Counted from the stretch's first letter, positions 30,276 through 43,476 are shown. The stretch: 64,000 nucleotides of DNA from an uncultured Planctomycetales bacterium (GCA_964428315.1 CAYRXT010000006.1:8071-72070), one strand, 5' to 3'. Numbers and translations: made by a program. The notes: a model not told the origin generated them from the sequence alone.

Positions 30276-30296
30276 TCGTGAAAAAGGAGACACGCC

Positions 30297-31559
30297 ATGC
30301 TTGAAGAAGCCAAATCAAAAATTCAGCGGTATCTTATCCAGCATACGGATTTCATGAAGGTGAAAGACTCTTTGAGCGAAGAGCAGCTCAGAGAAACCAT
30401 TAAAAAGGCCATTGTGATTGTCACGCAAAAAGAAGAGATCGAACTGAGTGACATCCAAAAAGAGATGATCGTCCGGTCTCTCGTGGATTCAATCGTCACC
30501 ATGGGGCCGATCCGCCAGCTGATGGCCGATCCGGAGATTTCCGAGGTGATGATCAACGGGGCCGGGACGGTGTACATACAACGTCACGGCCAGATTGAAC
30601 TGAGCGGCGTTAAGTTTGACGATAACCATCAGCTCCTTAATATGGTGCAACGCATGCTCCTGTCTGCCGGAAGCGGACGGAGAGTCGACGAGTCTTCGCC
30701 TTATGTGGACTTTTCGCTGGCCGACGGCTCCCGTGTCAACGTGATCGTTTCACCGGTTTCTCTGGTCGGACCGGTTGTGACGATACGTAAATTCTCACCC
30801 GCGATTAACAAGGTCGAGGATCTCCTGGATAGGGGGATGCTGAACGAGGATATGGCCGAGTTCCTTATAGCCTCCATCAAGGCCAAACTGAACATCGTTT
30901 TTTGCGGGGCTACGGGAACGGGCAAGACCACGACATTGAATGTGCTCTCGCGGCATATTCCCAATGAAGAACGTATTGTGACGATCGAGGACACGGCGGA
31001 ATTGCGTCTTCTGCAGGACCATGTCGTCCCCCTTCAGGCCAAAGGGGCCAATATCGAGGGCAAGGGGTCGATCTCAATAAGAGACCTTTTTGTCAATTCA
31101 CTGCGTATGCGCCCCGACCGGATTATCATCGGAGAGGTGCGCAGCGATGAGTGTCTGGACCTGATCCAGGCCATCAGCAGCGGGCATACCGGATCTCTGG
31201 CCATCATCCATGCCGATTCCCCGACGGATTGTTTTAACCGCATGGTCACCATGATCATGATGTCCGGCGTGCGTTTGAGCGTCGAGGAGATCCGCAAGCA
31301 GATCGCACGCGCGATCGACCTCATAGTCCATACGGAGCTGTTCATAGACGGTTCGAGGAAGATCACGTATATAACGGACGTGCGCCATGCCGGGGAAATG
31401 GAGGATATCGATCTCGAGGACATCTATTATTATCGGCAGGACAAGGTGGAAGAAAATGGACAGGTTATCGGCGAATGGGTCAAAAACAGAAAACGGCCGT
31501 CGTTCTTCCATAAATTCATAAAGAGAAACGTTAAGCTTCCCGAAGGATGTTTTGATTAA
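30297..31559 (+). CDS. cpaF: CpaF/TadA-family type II/IV secretion (Flp pilus assembly) ATPase, orphan
   Basis: 420 aa. Walker A GATGTGKTT. The Asp/His boxes and IIIGEVR motif are typical of CpaF/TadA. No other tad/cpa genes are in the window. Confidence 0.85.
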   Translation: MLEEAKSKIQRYLIQHTDFMKVKDSLSEEQLRETIKKAIVIVTQKEEIELSDIQKEMIVRSLVDSIVTMGPIRQLMADPEISEVMINGAGTVYIQRHGQIELSGVKFDDNHQLLNMVQRMLLSAGSGRRVDESSPYVDFSLADGSRVNVIVSPVSLVGPVVTIRKFSPAINKVEDLLDRGMLNEDMAEFLIASIKAKLNIVFCGATGTGKTTTLNVLSRHIPNEERIVTIEDTAELRLLQDHVVPLQAKGANIEGKGSISIRDLFVNSLRMRPDRIIIGEVRSDECLDLIQAISSGHTGSLAIIHADSPTDCFNRMVTMIMMSGVRLSVEEIRKQIARAIDLIVHTELFIDGSRKITYITDVRHAGEMEDIDLEDIYYYRQDKVEENGQVIGEWVKNRKRPSFFHKFIKRNVKLPEGCFD

Positions 31560-31570
31560 AGGATAAAGAA

Positions 31571-32842
31571 ATGCGCTGGACGAATTACTTCATCCCGACA
31601 AGCAGGGAAATCCCCGTCGGCACCGAAGCCGCAAGCCATCAGTTGTTGTTGCGCGCGGGCCTGGTGAACATGTTGACGGCCGGTGTCTATTCTTATCTGC
31701 CCCTGGGGTTACGGGTCCTGAACAGGATCGAGACGATCATCTGCGAGGAGATGGACGCCGCCGGAGCCCACAAACTGTTTTTGCCCTGTCTGCAACCGAT
31801 CGAACTTTGGCAGAAGACCGGCCGCGACGAAATCCTGAAGGATGTCATGATTCGTTTTGAAGACAGACGCAAACGGCAGCTCTGCCTGGGGCCCACTCAT
31901 GAAGAGGTCATTACCCAGATCGTCAAAGAATACACGCAATCCTATCGCCAGCTGCCGGTAGTCCTTTATCAGATCCAGACGAAGTTTCGCGATGAGGCGA
32001 GGCCGCGTTTCGGGATCGTGCGCGCCTGCGAATTCATCATGAAGGATGCCTACAGTTTTGACCGGGACAGGGAGGGCCTGCAGAACAACTATCGAAAAAT
32101 GTTTGAGGCGTATAATCGGATTTTCAAAAGGTGCGGTCTTAAGCCGGCCGTTATCGAGGCGGATTCCGGGGCCATGGGAGGGGATGTCTCCCATGAGTAT
32201 CTCGTCCCCGCCGCAATCGGAGAAGACGAGATAATGCTTTGCGGGGACTGCGGGTCGGCTTCGGCCGTCTGTGAGGAGCAGGCCAAGCCGGAGGCGTGCC
32301 CGCAGTGTCAGGGATCATCGTTGCTTAAACAGGTTGCCATCGAGATTGGCCATATTTTTCAGTTGGGAACAAAATACAGCGCGGCCCAGGGCGCGATGTT
32401 TCTGGATGAGGACGGCAGGCGGAAGCCGATTATCATGGGTTGCTATGGCATCGGAGTTTCCCGCCTTATCGCGGCGATCATAGAGACCAACCATGACGAG
32501 AACGGCATCATATGGCCGGACGAGGTCGCGCCCTTCGATATTGCACTCATCCCCCTGCAGACACAGGAGGAGGACATTAGGATTTTGGCGGAGACGTATT
32601 ACGATGAGTTAAAAAAGGAAGGATACAAGGTGCTCCTTGACGACCGGGCGGAAAGCGCGGGGGTCAAACTTAATGACGCGGATTTGATAGGTCTTCCGCG
32701 GCGGATTGTCATCGGACGCAAGAAACTCAAAGAGGATAAAGTCGAAATCAAGGACCGCGGGACCGGCGAGGTTAGGGATATCGGCAAGGACATGGTTGTC
32801 GCCGAACTGAAAAGACGGAACAGCCATCATGAAAATGGATAA
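31571..32842 (+). CDS. proS: Prolyl-tRNA synthetase, short form lacking the INS editing domain
   Basis: 423 aa. Class II motif 2/3 region FRDEARPRFGIVRACEFIMKDAYSF and a C-terminal anticodon-binding domain. Contains a Cys4 insertion CGDCGS...CPQC. Confidence 0.85.
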   Translation: MRWTNYFIPTSREIPVGTEAASHQLLLRAGLVNMLTAGVYSYLPLGLRVLNRIETIICEEMDAAGAHKLFLPCLQPIELWQKTGRDEILKDVMIRFEDRRKRQLCLGPTHEEVITQIVKEYTQSYRQLPVVLYQIQTKFRDEARPRFGIVRACEFIMKDAYSFDRDREGLQNNYRKMFEAYNRIFKRCGLKPAVIEADSGAMGGDVSHEYLVPAAIGEDEIMLCGDCGSASAVCEEQAKPEACPQCQGSSLLKQVAIEIGHIFQLGTKYSAAQGAMFLDEDGRRKPIIMGCYGIGVSRLIAAIIETNHDENGIIWPDEVAPFDIALIPLQTQEEDIRILAETYYDELKKEGYKVLLDDRAESAGVKLNDADLIGLPRRIVIGRKKLKEDKVEIKDRGTGEVRDIGKDMVVAELKRRNSHHENG

Positions 32843-33296
32843 GGACCAGTTGGTAGAGGCTATCGAAAAGCTGACCCTGCCGGTTCTCGAGTCCGGCGGC
32901 CATGAGCTGGTCGATCTTCAAATCCGGGGAGGGAAGGGCAAAACCGTCATTGATATCTTGGTTGACAAAAAAGAGGGCCGTATCCGTCTCGATGAATGCG
33001 CCAGGATCAACCGCGCCGTAACAGCGGGCATCGAAACCGGAAACCTCATCGCTCATTCCTACGTCGTAAACGTCTCTTCGCCGGGACTGGACAGGCCGCT
33101 CAAATCGCCGAGGGACTTTCAAAGAAGCGTCGGACAGAAGATGAAGATTGTTTTATCGGAGCCTGTTGAAGGGAAAAATGAATATGCCGGGGCCCTGGAG
33201 GATATCCAGAACGAAACGCTGATCTTGAAGGCCAGTAATGGCACAATCCGCATACCGCTGGGCGTCGTGAAGACCGGCAAGAGAGACATATTTTAA
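32829..33296 (+). CDS. rimP: Ribosome maturation factor RimP
   Basis: 155 aa. The canonical rimP-nusA-infB arrangement and the SSPGLDRPL motif. Confidence 0.85.
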   Translation: MKMDKDQLVEAIEKLTLPVLESGGHELVDLQIRGGKGKTVIDILVDKKEGRIRLDECARINRAVTAGIETGNLIAHSYVVNVSSPGLDRPLKSPRDFQRSVGQKMKIVLSEPVEGKNEYAGALEDIQNETLILKASNGTIRIPLGVVKTGKRDIF

Positions 33297-33335
33297 AAAC
33301 GACAGCAGCACGTAAGAAAACCAAGGAAGGCGGCA

Positions 33336-34517
33336 ATGAGCAGTGAATTAATGATGATACTGGAACAGCTGGAGCGCGATAAAGGAATTAACAAGGAGAT
33401 CCTGATCGAGGCAGTCGAGACCGCCGTGGCTTCGGCGGCCCGCAAGGTGTGGACCGTCGACAAAAACCAGGAGGTTACGGCGCAGTTCGACCGCAAGACA
33501 GGAAAGATTACGGCCTTTGCCGACGGCGAGGAGATCAAGTCCAAAGATTTCGGGCGAATCGCCGCCCAGACCGCCAAGCAGGTGGTGATCCAGAAAATTC
33601 GCGAGGCCGAGAAAGACGTTGTCTACAACGAATATGAGGCCCGTATCGGGGAGATCATATCCGGGGGCGTATACCGTTTTGAGAAGGGGACCATCGTCGT
33701 CGATCTGGGGAAGACCGAAGCCTACGTGCCGAGAAGAGAACAGTCGTCCAAGGATGATTTTCGCCAGGGCGACAGAATCCGCGCCTACGTTTTGGAAGTG
33801 CGTCGGGATGTCAAGGGGCCGCAGATTATCCTTTCCCGTGGTCATCCCAATTTTGTGAAACGCCTTTTTGAGCTGGAAGTCCCGGAAATCTATGAGGGCA
33901 TCGTCGAGATTAAGTCGATTGCCCGTGACGCGGGTGAGCGGACAAAGATCGCGGTTTATTCAAAGGATGAGAAGGTGGATTGTGTTGGCGCCTGTGTCGG
34001 CATGCGGGGTTCCCGGGTGAAAGGCATTGTTTCGGAATTGCAGGGCGAAAAGATTGACATCGTACGCTACTCTTCGGACATCCGCGAATTCATCCAGTCG
34101 GCCCTGTCCCCCGCGCAATTGACACAGATCGTCCTGCATAAAGAGGTCAAGAAGGCGGAGGTCATCGTCGCCGAGGACCAGCTGTCTCTGTCTATCGGAA
34201 AGCACGGACAGAATGTTCGCCTTGCCTCGAAACTGGTGGGCTGGGATCTGGACCTCTTTTCGGTTCCTCAGTATCAGGAGAAACAACAGCAGGGGGGAAG
34301 GGCGGAAGAGGAGGTTGAACAGGAGGAAATCGAGGTCTCCCTGCGTGATTTGAGCGGCATCGGCGAGAAATTGATCGGGCTTCTTGTCGAGGCCGGCTAT
34401 GACAGTCTGGAAAGGATTGCCGAGGCGACACCGGAAGAATTATCGAAGATCAAAGGCCTGGGTAAAGTCAAGGCCGAGCGCATGGTCACCGAGGCGCGGG
34501 AAATGATCAAAGGTTAA
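33336..34517 (+). CDS. nusA: Transcription termination/antitermination factor NusA (S1 + KH domains, short form)
   Basis: 393 aa. N-terminal NusA domain, S1 and tandem KH domains. Precedes infB. Confidence 0.9.
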   Translation: MSSELMMILEQLERDKGINKEILIEAVETAVASAARKVWTVDKNQEVTAQFDRKTGKITAFADGEEIKSKDFGRIAAQTAKQVVIQKIREAEKDVVYNEYEARIGEIISGGVYRFEKGTIVVDLGKTEAYVPRREQSSKDDFRQGDRIRAYVLEVRRDVKGPQIILSRGHPNFVKRLFELEVPEIYEGIVEIKSIARDAGERTKIAVYSKDEKVDCVGACVGMRGSRVKGIVSELQGEKIDIVRYSSDIREFIQSALSPAQLTQIVLHKEVKKAEVIVAEDQLSLSIGKHGQNVRLASKLVGWDLDLFSVPQYQEKQQQGGRAEEEVEQEEIEVSLRDLSGIGEKLIGLLVEAGYDSLERIAEATPEELSKIKGLGKVKAERMVTEAREMIKG

Positions 34518-34547
34518 AAGCACTGAACAAAGGATACACGGTCGATT

Positions 34548-36971
34548 ATGAAAGTTGCGGAACTAGCCGAACAATTAGGACTGGATGCCCAGGATATCCT
34601 GGATAAATTGAAATCCCTCAGGCTTAAGGCCAAAGGGCCCAACCAGGAACTGAACACGGTTGTGGAAACTGTCTTGAAAAACGAGTTTGAAGGAGCCGTA
34701 AAGGAGAAGAAAGAACAGAAGAAGGCGTCGAAAAAGGAAGAGCAGCCTTCTGCTCAGGAGGAAGAGGGCGCGCCTGCTGCAGAGGACAAGACGGTTAAAA
34801 AGTCCGTCAAAAAGACGACCAAAAAGAAAGTTGCCGAAAAACCGAAGACCGCGGTCAAAAAGCCGGCGGAGAAAAAAACCGTCAAAAAAACCGTTAAAAA
34901 GACAACGGCGAAAAAGACAGAAGATAAACCCAAAAAAAAGAAGTCTGCCGAAGAGAAGAAAAAAGCGCCTCTCAAACTGAAGACCACGATTATCAGGCGG
35001 CCGAAGACAAAGACGCCGCAACAGCGTGCCGGAAAGGAGGCCGCTTCGCCGGTGCCGGAAGAACAGAAAGACAAAGAACCTCAAAAGACAGACAAACTCG
35101 CTGCTGTGCCCCGTCCTCAGCCGACCAAGGCCGGGACGCCTCCCGAGGCGGAAAAAAGATATCCTCCGGCTAAGGCCGAGACACTTCCCGTTGAAAAGGC
35201 CGCAGCGGAAACGCGCGGGGAATTGGAGGTCCGCGTCCCGATTGCCGTCAAGGATCTTGCGGTTAAACTGCAGGAGAAGCCGAGTGTCATACTCAAAAAA
35301 TTGATGCAGATGGGGCTTATGGCCCACATTAACCAGAATCTGTCCGAGGAGATTGTCTCCCGTATTCTTAAAGAATTCGGTTATTCCTTGGCGAAAGTCA
35401 AAACACAGGAAGAAAGCATTATCGAGCAGCATGACCTCCAGCGGGAGGACGCGTCTCAGCTGAAAACACGGGCTCCCGTGGTCACCTTTATGGGGCACGT
35501 CGACCACGGTAAAACCACGTTGCTTGATCAGATACGGAAAAGTAAAATCGTAGATCAGGAGCACGGAGGCATTACCCAGCATATGGGGGCCTATTCCGTT
35601 AAAGTGGCCAAAGGCTCGATCTCCTTTCTGGACACGCCTGGACACGAGGCGTTTACCGCGATGCGGGCCCGTGGCGCGCATATCACGGATCTGGTGGTTT
35701 TGGTCATAGCGGCCGACGAGGGCGTCATGCCTCAGACTGACGAGGCGATTGATCACGCGCGCGCGGCGAAAGTCCCGATTGTGGTGGCCTTGAACAAGAT
35801 CGATAAAGCCAGCGCCGATCCCGACCTTGTAAAAAAGCAGTTAATGGAGAGGGGATTGGTCCCGGAGGATTGGGGAGGGAAAACGATCGTATCTCCTGTG
35901 TCGGCTGTTTCGGGTGAAGGCGTAGACCATCTCCTTGAGATGATTCTTCTGGAAGCTGAACTGTTGGAGCTTAGGGCCAATCCCGGTAAGAAGGCGTCGG
36001 GTATAGTTGTGGAGGCCCAGCTGACGCATGGCCGGGGCCCTGTCGCCACTATCCTTATCCAGAACGGCACCCTGCAGGAAGGCGACGCTCTTATCGTCGG
36101 ACCCTGTTATGCCAAGGTGAAGGCCATGTTCAATGACCGGCAGAAACCGGTCAAGGAAGCGGGGCCCTCGTCAGCCGTCGAAATCCTCGGCCTTTCCGGC
36201 GTTCCTGAAGCCGGCGAAATATTTTATGTCGTTGAGGATGAAAAGACGGCACGGGACGTAGCCGGAAAGCGTGAACAGAAGGCCAAGGATGTGAAACTGC
36301 AGACATCACAGAAAATCACCCTGGAAGATGTTTATTCCCAGATCCAGGAAGGAAGGATAAAAGAACTGAACATTATCCTTAAGGCCGATGTCCAGGGATC
36401 GGTGGGGGCCTTGCAGGATTCTTTATTGAAGTTATCGACTGACGAAGTCAAGCTGAACTTCATTCATACGGGTGTGGGGGTCGTGAATGCCTCGGATGTC
36501 ATCCTGGCCGGGGCCTCCAACGCTGTCATCATCGCCTTTAATGTGGGCTTGGGACCGCGGGCCAAAGAGGAGCTGGAAAAGATTCAGATCGATGTCCGCG
36601 AGTACCGGATCATCTATGACGCCATCAACGATATGAAGAAGGCCCTCGAAGGAATGCTGGAACCGCGGAAGAAAAAAATATTCACGGGACGCGCCGAAGT
36701 CCGGGATGTGTTCAAATTAAGCAAGGCGGGAAGCGTCGCCGGGTGTTTTGTCACAAAGGGAAAGTTGGCGCGCCGCGCCAATATCGATGTGCTGCGTAAT
36801 GGCGAGTCCGTGCATTCGGGTCGCATATCAACGCTGAAACGCTTCAAGGATGATGTGCGGGAAGTCTCGGAGGGTTATGAATGCGGTATTACAGTTGAAG
36901 GATTCAACGATTATCAGGTGGGGGATATCTTTGAGGCTTACGAGATTGAGACAATTGCCAGAACGCTTTAA
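34548..36971 (+). CDS. infB: Translation initiation factor IF-2
   Basis: 807 aa. G-domain motifs [24 protein letters not shown] and NKID. Confidence 0.95.
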   Translation: MKVAELAEQLGLDAQDILDKLKSLRLKAKGPNQELNTVVETVLKNEFEGAVKEKKEQKKASKKEEQPSAQEEEGAPAAEDKTVKKSVKKTTKKKVAEKPKTAVKKPAEKKTVKKTVKKTTAKKTEDKPKKKKSAEEKKKAPLKLKTTIIRRPKTKTPQQRAGKEAASPVPEEQKDKEPQKTDKLAAVPRPQPTKAGTPPEAEKRYPPAKAETLPVEKAAAETRGELEVRVPIAVKDLAVKLQEKPSVILKKLMQMGLMAHINQNLSEEIVSRILKEFGYSLAKVKTQEESIIEQHDLQREDASQLKTRAPVVTFMGHVDHGKTTLLDQIRKSKIVDQEHGGITQHMGAYSVKVAKGSISFLDTPGHEAFTAMRARGAHITDLVVLVIAADEGVMPQTDEAIDHARAAKVPIVVALNKIDKASADPDLVKKQLMERGLVPEDWGGKTIVSPVSAVSGEGVDHLLEMILLEAELLELRANPGKKASGIVVEAQLTHGRGPVATILIQNGTLQEGDALIVGPCYAKVKAMFNDRQKPVKEAGPSSAVEILGLSGVPEAGEIFYVVEDEKTARDVAGKREQKAKDVKLQTSQKITLEDVYSQIQEGRIKELNIILKADVQGSVGALQDSLLKLSTDEVKLNFIHTGVGVVNASDVILAGASNAVIIAFNVGLGPRAKEELEKIQIDVREYRIIYDAINDMKKALEGMLEPRKKKIFTGRAEVRDVFKLSKAGSVAGCFVTKGKLARRANIDVLRNGESVHSGRISTLKRFKDDVREVSEGYECGITVEGFNDYQVGDIFEAYEIETIARTL
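34700..34990 (+). repeat. Low-complexity Lys/Ala/Thr-rich coding repeats in the IF-2 N-terminal linker
   Basis: Reiterated AAAAAG/AAAAAGAC-type units encode [15 protein letters not shown]... tracts. Confidence 0.5.
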
Positions 36972-36991
36972 CGGAGGAAGAACGGTTTTTC

Positions 36992-37972
36992 ATGAAAAAA
37001 AAGATTTTTAGCGGAATGCGTCCAACGGGTAAATTGCACCTGGGTCATCTTGTCGGGGCGCTTCACAACTGGGTTCGTCTGCAGGAGGAATACGACTGTA
37101 TTTTCGGCCTTGTCGACTGGCATGCCCTGATGGGGGAATACGAACAGAGCGAGAGTATCCGGAGGAATATGATCGACAACGCCATCGACTGGATCGCCTG
37201 CGGGATCGATCCTGAACGCTCGACGATTGCCGTGCAGTCCCAGGTGCCGGAGCATCTTGAGCTTTTTATGATTTTTTCGTGCCTGACACCGCTGGGCTGG
37301 CTGGAGAGAAACCCGACCTACAAGGAACAGATGAGGGAGATTACGACCCGGGACCTGCACACCTACGGTTTTCTGGGATATCCGGTCCTCCAGGCCGCGG
37401 ACATCATGCTTTACAAGGCCGAGGCGGTTCCCATCGGGGAGGACCAGCTTCCGCATATCGAATTAACGCGGGAGATCGCCAGGCGTTTCAATCATATTTT
37501 CCGCACGAAATATTTTTCTGACTGCGAGGCCATCCTGACGCCGGTTCCCCGGTTATTGGGACTGGACAACCGGAAGATGAGCAAGAGTTACCAGAACACG
37601 ATTAATCTTTCTGACGATGCCCGGACTGTGACCGAAAAGGTCCGCACAATGTTCACCGATCCTGCCCGCATCAAACTAAGCGATCCCGGCCATCCGGACG
37701 TTTGCAACGTCTACAGCTATTATAAAGTTTTTGCGCCCCAAAAGGCGGAGGATGTCTGGAATTGGTGCGCCGGGGCCCGAAAAGGCTGCACCGAATGCAA
37801 GACGATACTCGCGGACCATATTAACTCAACGCTGGAACCGATCCGGGCCAGACGGCGGGAGATTGAGAAACGGCCGGGTCGCATTGAGGAGATCATCCGG
37901 GAAGGAACGGCAAAGGCGCGCGGGATAGCGCAAAAGACCATGGGGGAAATCAGGTCAATCATTTTCGGGTAG
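36992..37972 (+). CDS. trpS: Tryptophanyl-tRNA synthetase
   Basis: 326 aa. HIGH-type motif TGKLHLGH and KMSKS. Confidence 0.95.
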   Translation: MKKKIFSGMRPTGKLHLGHLVGALHNWVRLQEEYDCIFGLVDWHALMGEYEQSESIRRNMIDNAIDWIACGIDPERSTIAVQSQVPEHLELFMIFSCLTPLGWLERNPTYKEQMREITTRDLHTYGFLGYPVLQAADIMLYKAEAVPIGEDQLPHIELTREIARRFNHIFRTKYFSDCEAILTPVPRLLGLDNRKMSKSYQNTINLSDDARTVTEKVRTMFTDPARIKLSDPGHPDVCNVYSYYKVFAPQKAEDVWNWCAGARKGCTECKTILADHINSTLEPIRARRREIEKRPGRIEEIIREGTAKARGIAQKTMGEIRSIIFG

Positions 37973-37976
37973 AATC

Positions 37977-38792
37977 ATGTACAAGATCAAACTGGATATA
38001 TTCGAAGGGCCGCTGGACCTCCTGCTCTATCTGATTAAGAAGAACGAACTGGATATCTGTGATATATCCATCACCCAGGTGACCGAACAGTATCTTCAGT
38101 ATGTGGAGATGATGAAGCTTCTCGATTTGGAAATGGTCGGGGAATTTCTCGTCATGGCGGCTACTCTCATGCAGATCAAGTCCCGGATGTTGCTGCCCCC
38201 GGATCCTTCGCAGGAAGAGACCGAAGAGGCCGATCCACGTGAGGAGCTTGTCCGCCGCTTGCAGGAATATAAGAAGTTCAAAGAGGTAGCCGAAGACCTG
38301 AGAACGAAAGAGACGAGACGCAAGGATCTCTTCACGAGACGGATCGACGAAGAAAAGACCAAAGAACTGAAGCAGGAAAGCACAGAAGTCTATTTTGAGG
38401 CCAGCCTCTTTGACTTGATATCTGCCCTTTCACAGGTTCTGAAAAACATCCCCAAAGAGGTCTTTTATGAAGTGGTCAAAGACGAGCACACGGTTGATAA
38501 GAAGATCCACGACCTCCTTCATTTGCTGCTGGATCATCCCAGGGTCATGCTTTTGGATCTCTTCAAGCGCTGTGAAAGCAAGATTGAAGCCATCGTGACA
38601 TTTATGGCGATACTCGAACTGATCCGCCTGCGGGAGATCGTCGCGCTCCAGCACCGGCAGTTCGACAATATTGAGATCATCCGTAACAAGGAGAACATCC
38701 TTCCCAAGGAGGCCGCCGTATCACCTCAGGAGCAGGGCGAAGAAGACGCCGGGATGGGCGCTGGCGGTCCGGGGGAAGGGGACGCGGAATAA
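37977..38792 (+). CDS. scpA: Segregation and condensation protein A (kleisin)
   Basis: 271 aa. IKLDIFEGPLDLLLYLIKKNELDI N-terminus typical of ScpA. Confidence 0.85.
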   Translation: MYKIKLDIFEGPLDLLLYLIKKNELDICDISITQVTEQYLQYVEMMKLLDLEMVGEFLVMAATLMQIKSRMLLPPDPSQEETEEADPREELVRRLQEYKKFKEVAEDLRTKETRRKDLFTRRIDEEKTKELKQESTEVYFEASLFDLISALSQVLKNIPKEVFYEVVKDEHTVDKKIHDLLHLLLDHPRVMLLDLFKRCESKIEAIVTFMAILELIRLREIVALQHRQFDNIEIIRNKENILPKEAAVSPQEQGEEDAGMGAGGPGEGDAE

Positions 38793-38826
38793 CAGGTCAT
38801 CGGATCCCGAGGGTAACAACCGTCAG

Positions 38827-39870
38827 ATGGGCAAAGAAACACGAAAACTTGTTCTAGGCCAGGAGACCGAGGAGGATATCGTTGTCGGTCTGTCCTTAAG
38901 GCCGGTCCGTCTTGAGAATTTTATCGGTCAGCCCGATCTTGTCGAAGGCTTGAGGGTTTCCCTGGAGGCGGCACGTCAACGCCAGGAACCGGTGGAGCAT
39001 ATGTTGTTTTCCGGACCGCCGGGGTTGGGGAAGACAACCTTGGCCTACATTGTCTCGCACGAGATGCAGACGCGTATCACGGTCACATCCGGCCCGGCCA
39101 TCGAGCGCGCCGGCGACCTGATCGGGATCCTGACAAACCTGGAACGCGGCGATATCCTGTTTATTGACGAGATCCACCGCCTGTCGAAAACTGTTGAAGA
39201 ATTCCTTTATCCGGCGATGGAGAATTTTCAGATCGATTTCGTGGTCGATAAGGGCCCCTATGCGAAGACCATTAAGTTCAATCTCAAGCCTTTTACCTTG
39301 ATCGGGGCGACCACGCGCAGCGGCCTTTTGGCCTCGCCCCTGCGCGACCGTTTCGGCATTTTTCATCATCTCGATTTCTATAGCCCCGAGGAACTAGCCA
39401 AGATTGTCCGCAATTCGGCGGATAAATTAAGCCTCGTCATTGACCAGGAAGCGGGTCTTGAGATCGCCCGCCGGGCGAGGGGCACTCCGCGCATCGCCAA
39501 CCGGCTTTTGCGCCGGGTCCGGGATTATGTGCAGGTCAAAACCGATCACGATTATATGGATTTGGAGACGGTCTATAAGGCCATGAAGATATTGGGAATC
39601 GATGAGGCCGGTCTTGACGAGACAGACAGGAAACTCATGCATGTCATTCACGAACATTATCGGGGAGGGCCCGTCGGTGTGGAAACCCTGGCGGCGACCC
39701 TCAACGAAGAGATTGATACGATCGTTGACGTGGTGGAGCCGTATTTGCTTAAAAGCGGATTTATCCGGCGGACGCCGCGCGGCCGGGAATTGACCGGGAC
39801 CGCTTACAAACATCTCAAGATGCCTATTCCCCAAAGTCATACGAATCAAAAGGAATTATTCAATTCCTGA
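38827..39870 (+). CDS. ruvB: Holliday junction branch-migration helicase RuvB
   Basis: 347 aa from Met at 38827 (the track ORF starts upstream at 38671, overlapping scpA). Walker A GPPGLGKTTLA, sensor motifs and a C-terminal winged helix. Confidence 0.9.
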   Translation: MGKETRKLVLGQETEEDIVVGLSLRPVRLENFIGQPDLVEGLRVSLEAARQRQEPVEHMLFSGPPGLGKTTLAYIVSHEMQTRITVTSGPAIERAGDLIGILTNLERGDILFIDEIHRLSKTVEEFLYPAMENFQIDFVVDKGPYAKTIKFNLKPFTLIGATTRSGLLASPLRDRFGIFHHLDFYSPEELAKIVRNSADKLSLVIDQEAGLEIARRARGTPRIANRLLRRVRDYVQVKTDHDYMDLETVYKAMKILGIDEAGLDETDRKLMHVIHEHYRGGPVGVETLAATLNEEIDTIVDVVEPYLLKSGFIRRTPRGRELTGTAYKHLKMPIPQSHTNQKELFNS

Positions 39871-39922
39871 ACACACGTTGTGTCCCAGGACAAATCCCGG
39901 AATCTTTCTGAGGGAATAAGCC

Positions 39923-40138
39923 GTGGGTGAGACGGGCAAGTTGCTTATTGTGATTGGATGTGTTCTGATTGTCTCGGGCGCCTTGTTTCTTATGGCAGGC
40001 AAAATTCCCGGCCTGGGCAGACTGCCCGGTGATATCACGATCAAAAAAGAGAACTTCACGTTTTATTTTCCTTTGACCACATGTATTCTCTTAAGTTTGG
40101 CGTTGACCCTGATTTTTTTCCTGATCAACCGGCGTTAA
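39923..40138 (+). CDS. DUF2905-family small membrane protein
   Basis: 71 aa with two TM segments flanking the GRLPGDI motif. Confidence 0.6.
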   Translation: MGETGKLLIVIGCVLIVSGALFLMAGKIPGLGRLPGDITIKKENFTFYFPLTTCILLSLALTLIFFLINRR

Positions 40139-40155
40139 ACCTATTGGGAATCTGA

Positions 40156-41308
40156 ATGATGATTCGATGGCGATTCCTTCTGATGCTGTGCGGGATTTTC
40201 TTGTGGGGCTGTTCCGCCTCCCAGGCGATGAGCCGGATCCCCATGGTCCGTTCCTCTTATCCGGTTAAGGTGGCCATCATTCAAGGCGCCGCATCTTTCG
40301 AGCTGACCATCCGGGGAAATTTCGACATCTACACGTCGGACAAAAAACGGCTGTATTCGGGAAGACGGCTGAGAAAGGCCAGGGTTACCCCGGGTGTTTC
40401 GGGCATCAAGATAGAAGATTTGGATTTCCACGAAGATAAGATAAAGATTATGCCCGAACGCGTCGCCTCACTTTATGTCAATAACCGGCGGTTTCGCGGC
40501 AGTCTGGATGTCATCCGGAAATCCAGCGAGTCTCTTTTAGCGGTCAATACAGTGGACCTCGAAGATTATATCTGCGGTGTGCTTTATCACGAGGTCTCTC
40601 CGCGTTGGCCCATGGAATCCCTCAAGGCCCAGGCCGTAGCCGCCCGGACCTACGCGTTGTATCGCGCATCCAAGAACAAGAAGCGGCCCTACGACCTGAC
40701 CAATGACATTTACTCTCAGGTCTATGGCGGACGGACTTCGGAGAAATACCGGACCAATCTGGCCGTAGAGGCGACGGCTGGTATGGTGCTGGCCTACGAC
40801 GGGGAACTTTTCCCGAGTTATTTTCATGCCGATAGCGGCGGGCATACGGAAGACGTCAGTGAATTATGGGATGAGGATTGGCCGCCTTTGCAGGGCGTGC
40901 GGGACCCGTTTTCCCGGCAGTCTCCGCATTATAATTGGAAGAGGAATTTTCGTTCCAAGGATATTCAGGACAAGCTGAATGAGGCCGGCTACGACATCTG
41001 GCTGATCGAATCCATCGAGGTCACTGAAAGAAATCCGAGCGGGCGCATTCGAAGATTAAAAATCACCGACCGCAAGGGCAAGTCCGTGGAAATCAGCGGG
41101 AAGGACTTCCGTCATTTGGTCGGTCCCAATATTGTCCGAAGCAACAAATACGACGTGCTGATGCAGGGATATTATTTCGATCTAATCGGTCAGGGCTGGG
41201 GGCACGGCGTGGGCATGAGCCAGTGGGGCGCGAATTTTATGGCCCGCGACAGGAAATCTTTCCGGGAGATTCTGCGTTTTTATTATCCCGGCACCAGGAT
41301 CGTCCATT

Positions 41309-41328
<20 letters not shown>
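40156..41328 (+). CDS. SpoIID/LytB-domain protein (lytic transglycosylase/amidase-enhancer family), secreted
   Basis: 390 aa. N-terminal signal/lipoprotein-like sequence (LWGCSAS), then a SpoIID domain containing the LKAQAVAARTYALY motif. Confidence 0.75.

Positions 41329-43475
<2,147 letters not shown>

Positions 43476-43476
<1 letters not shown>

Noticed and set aside
38671-38826. Upstream extension of ruvB overlapping scpA (52 extra residues, Arg/Ser-rich)
   Set aside because: The extension is non-conserved and low-complexity. Met at 38827 follows the scpA stop and gives the standard RuvB N-terminus.
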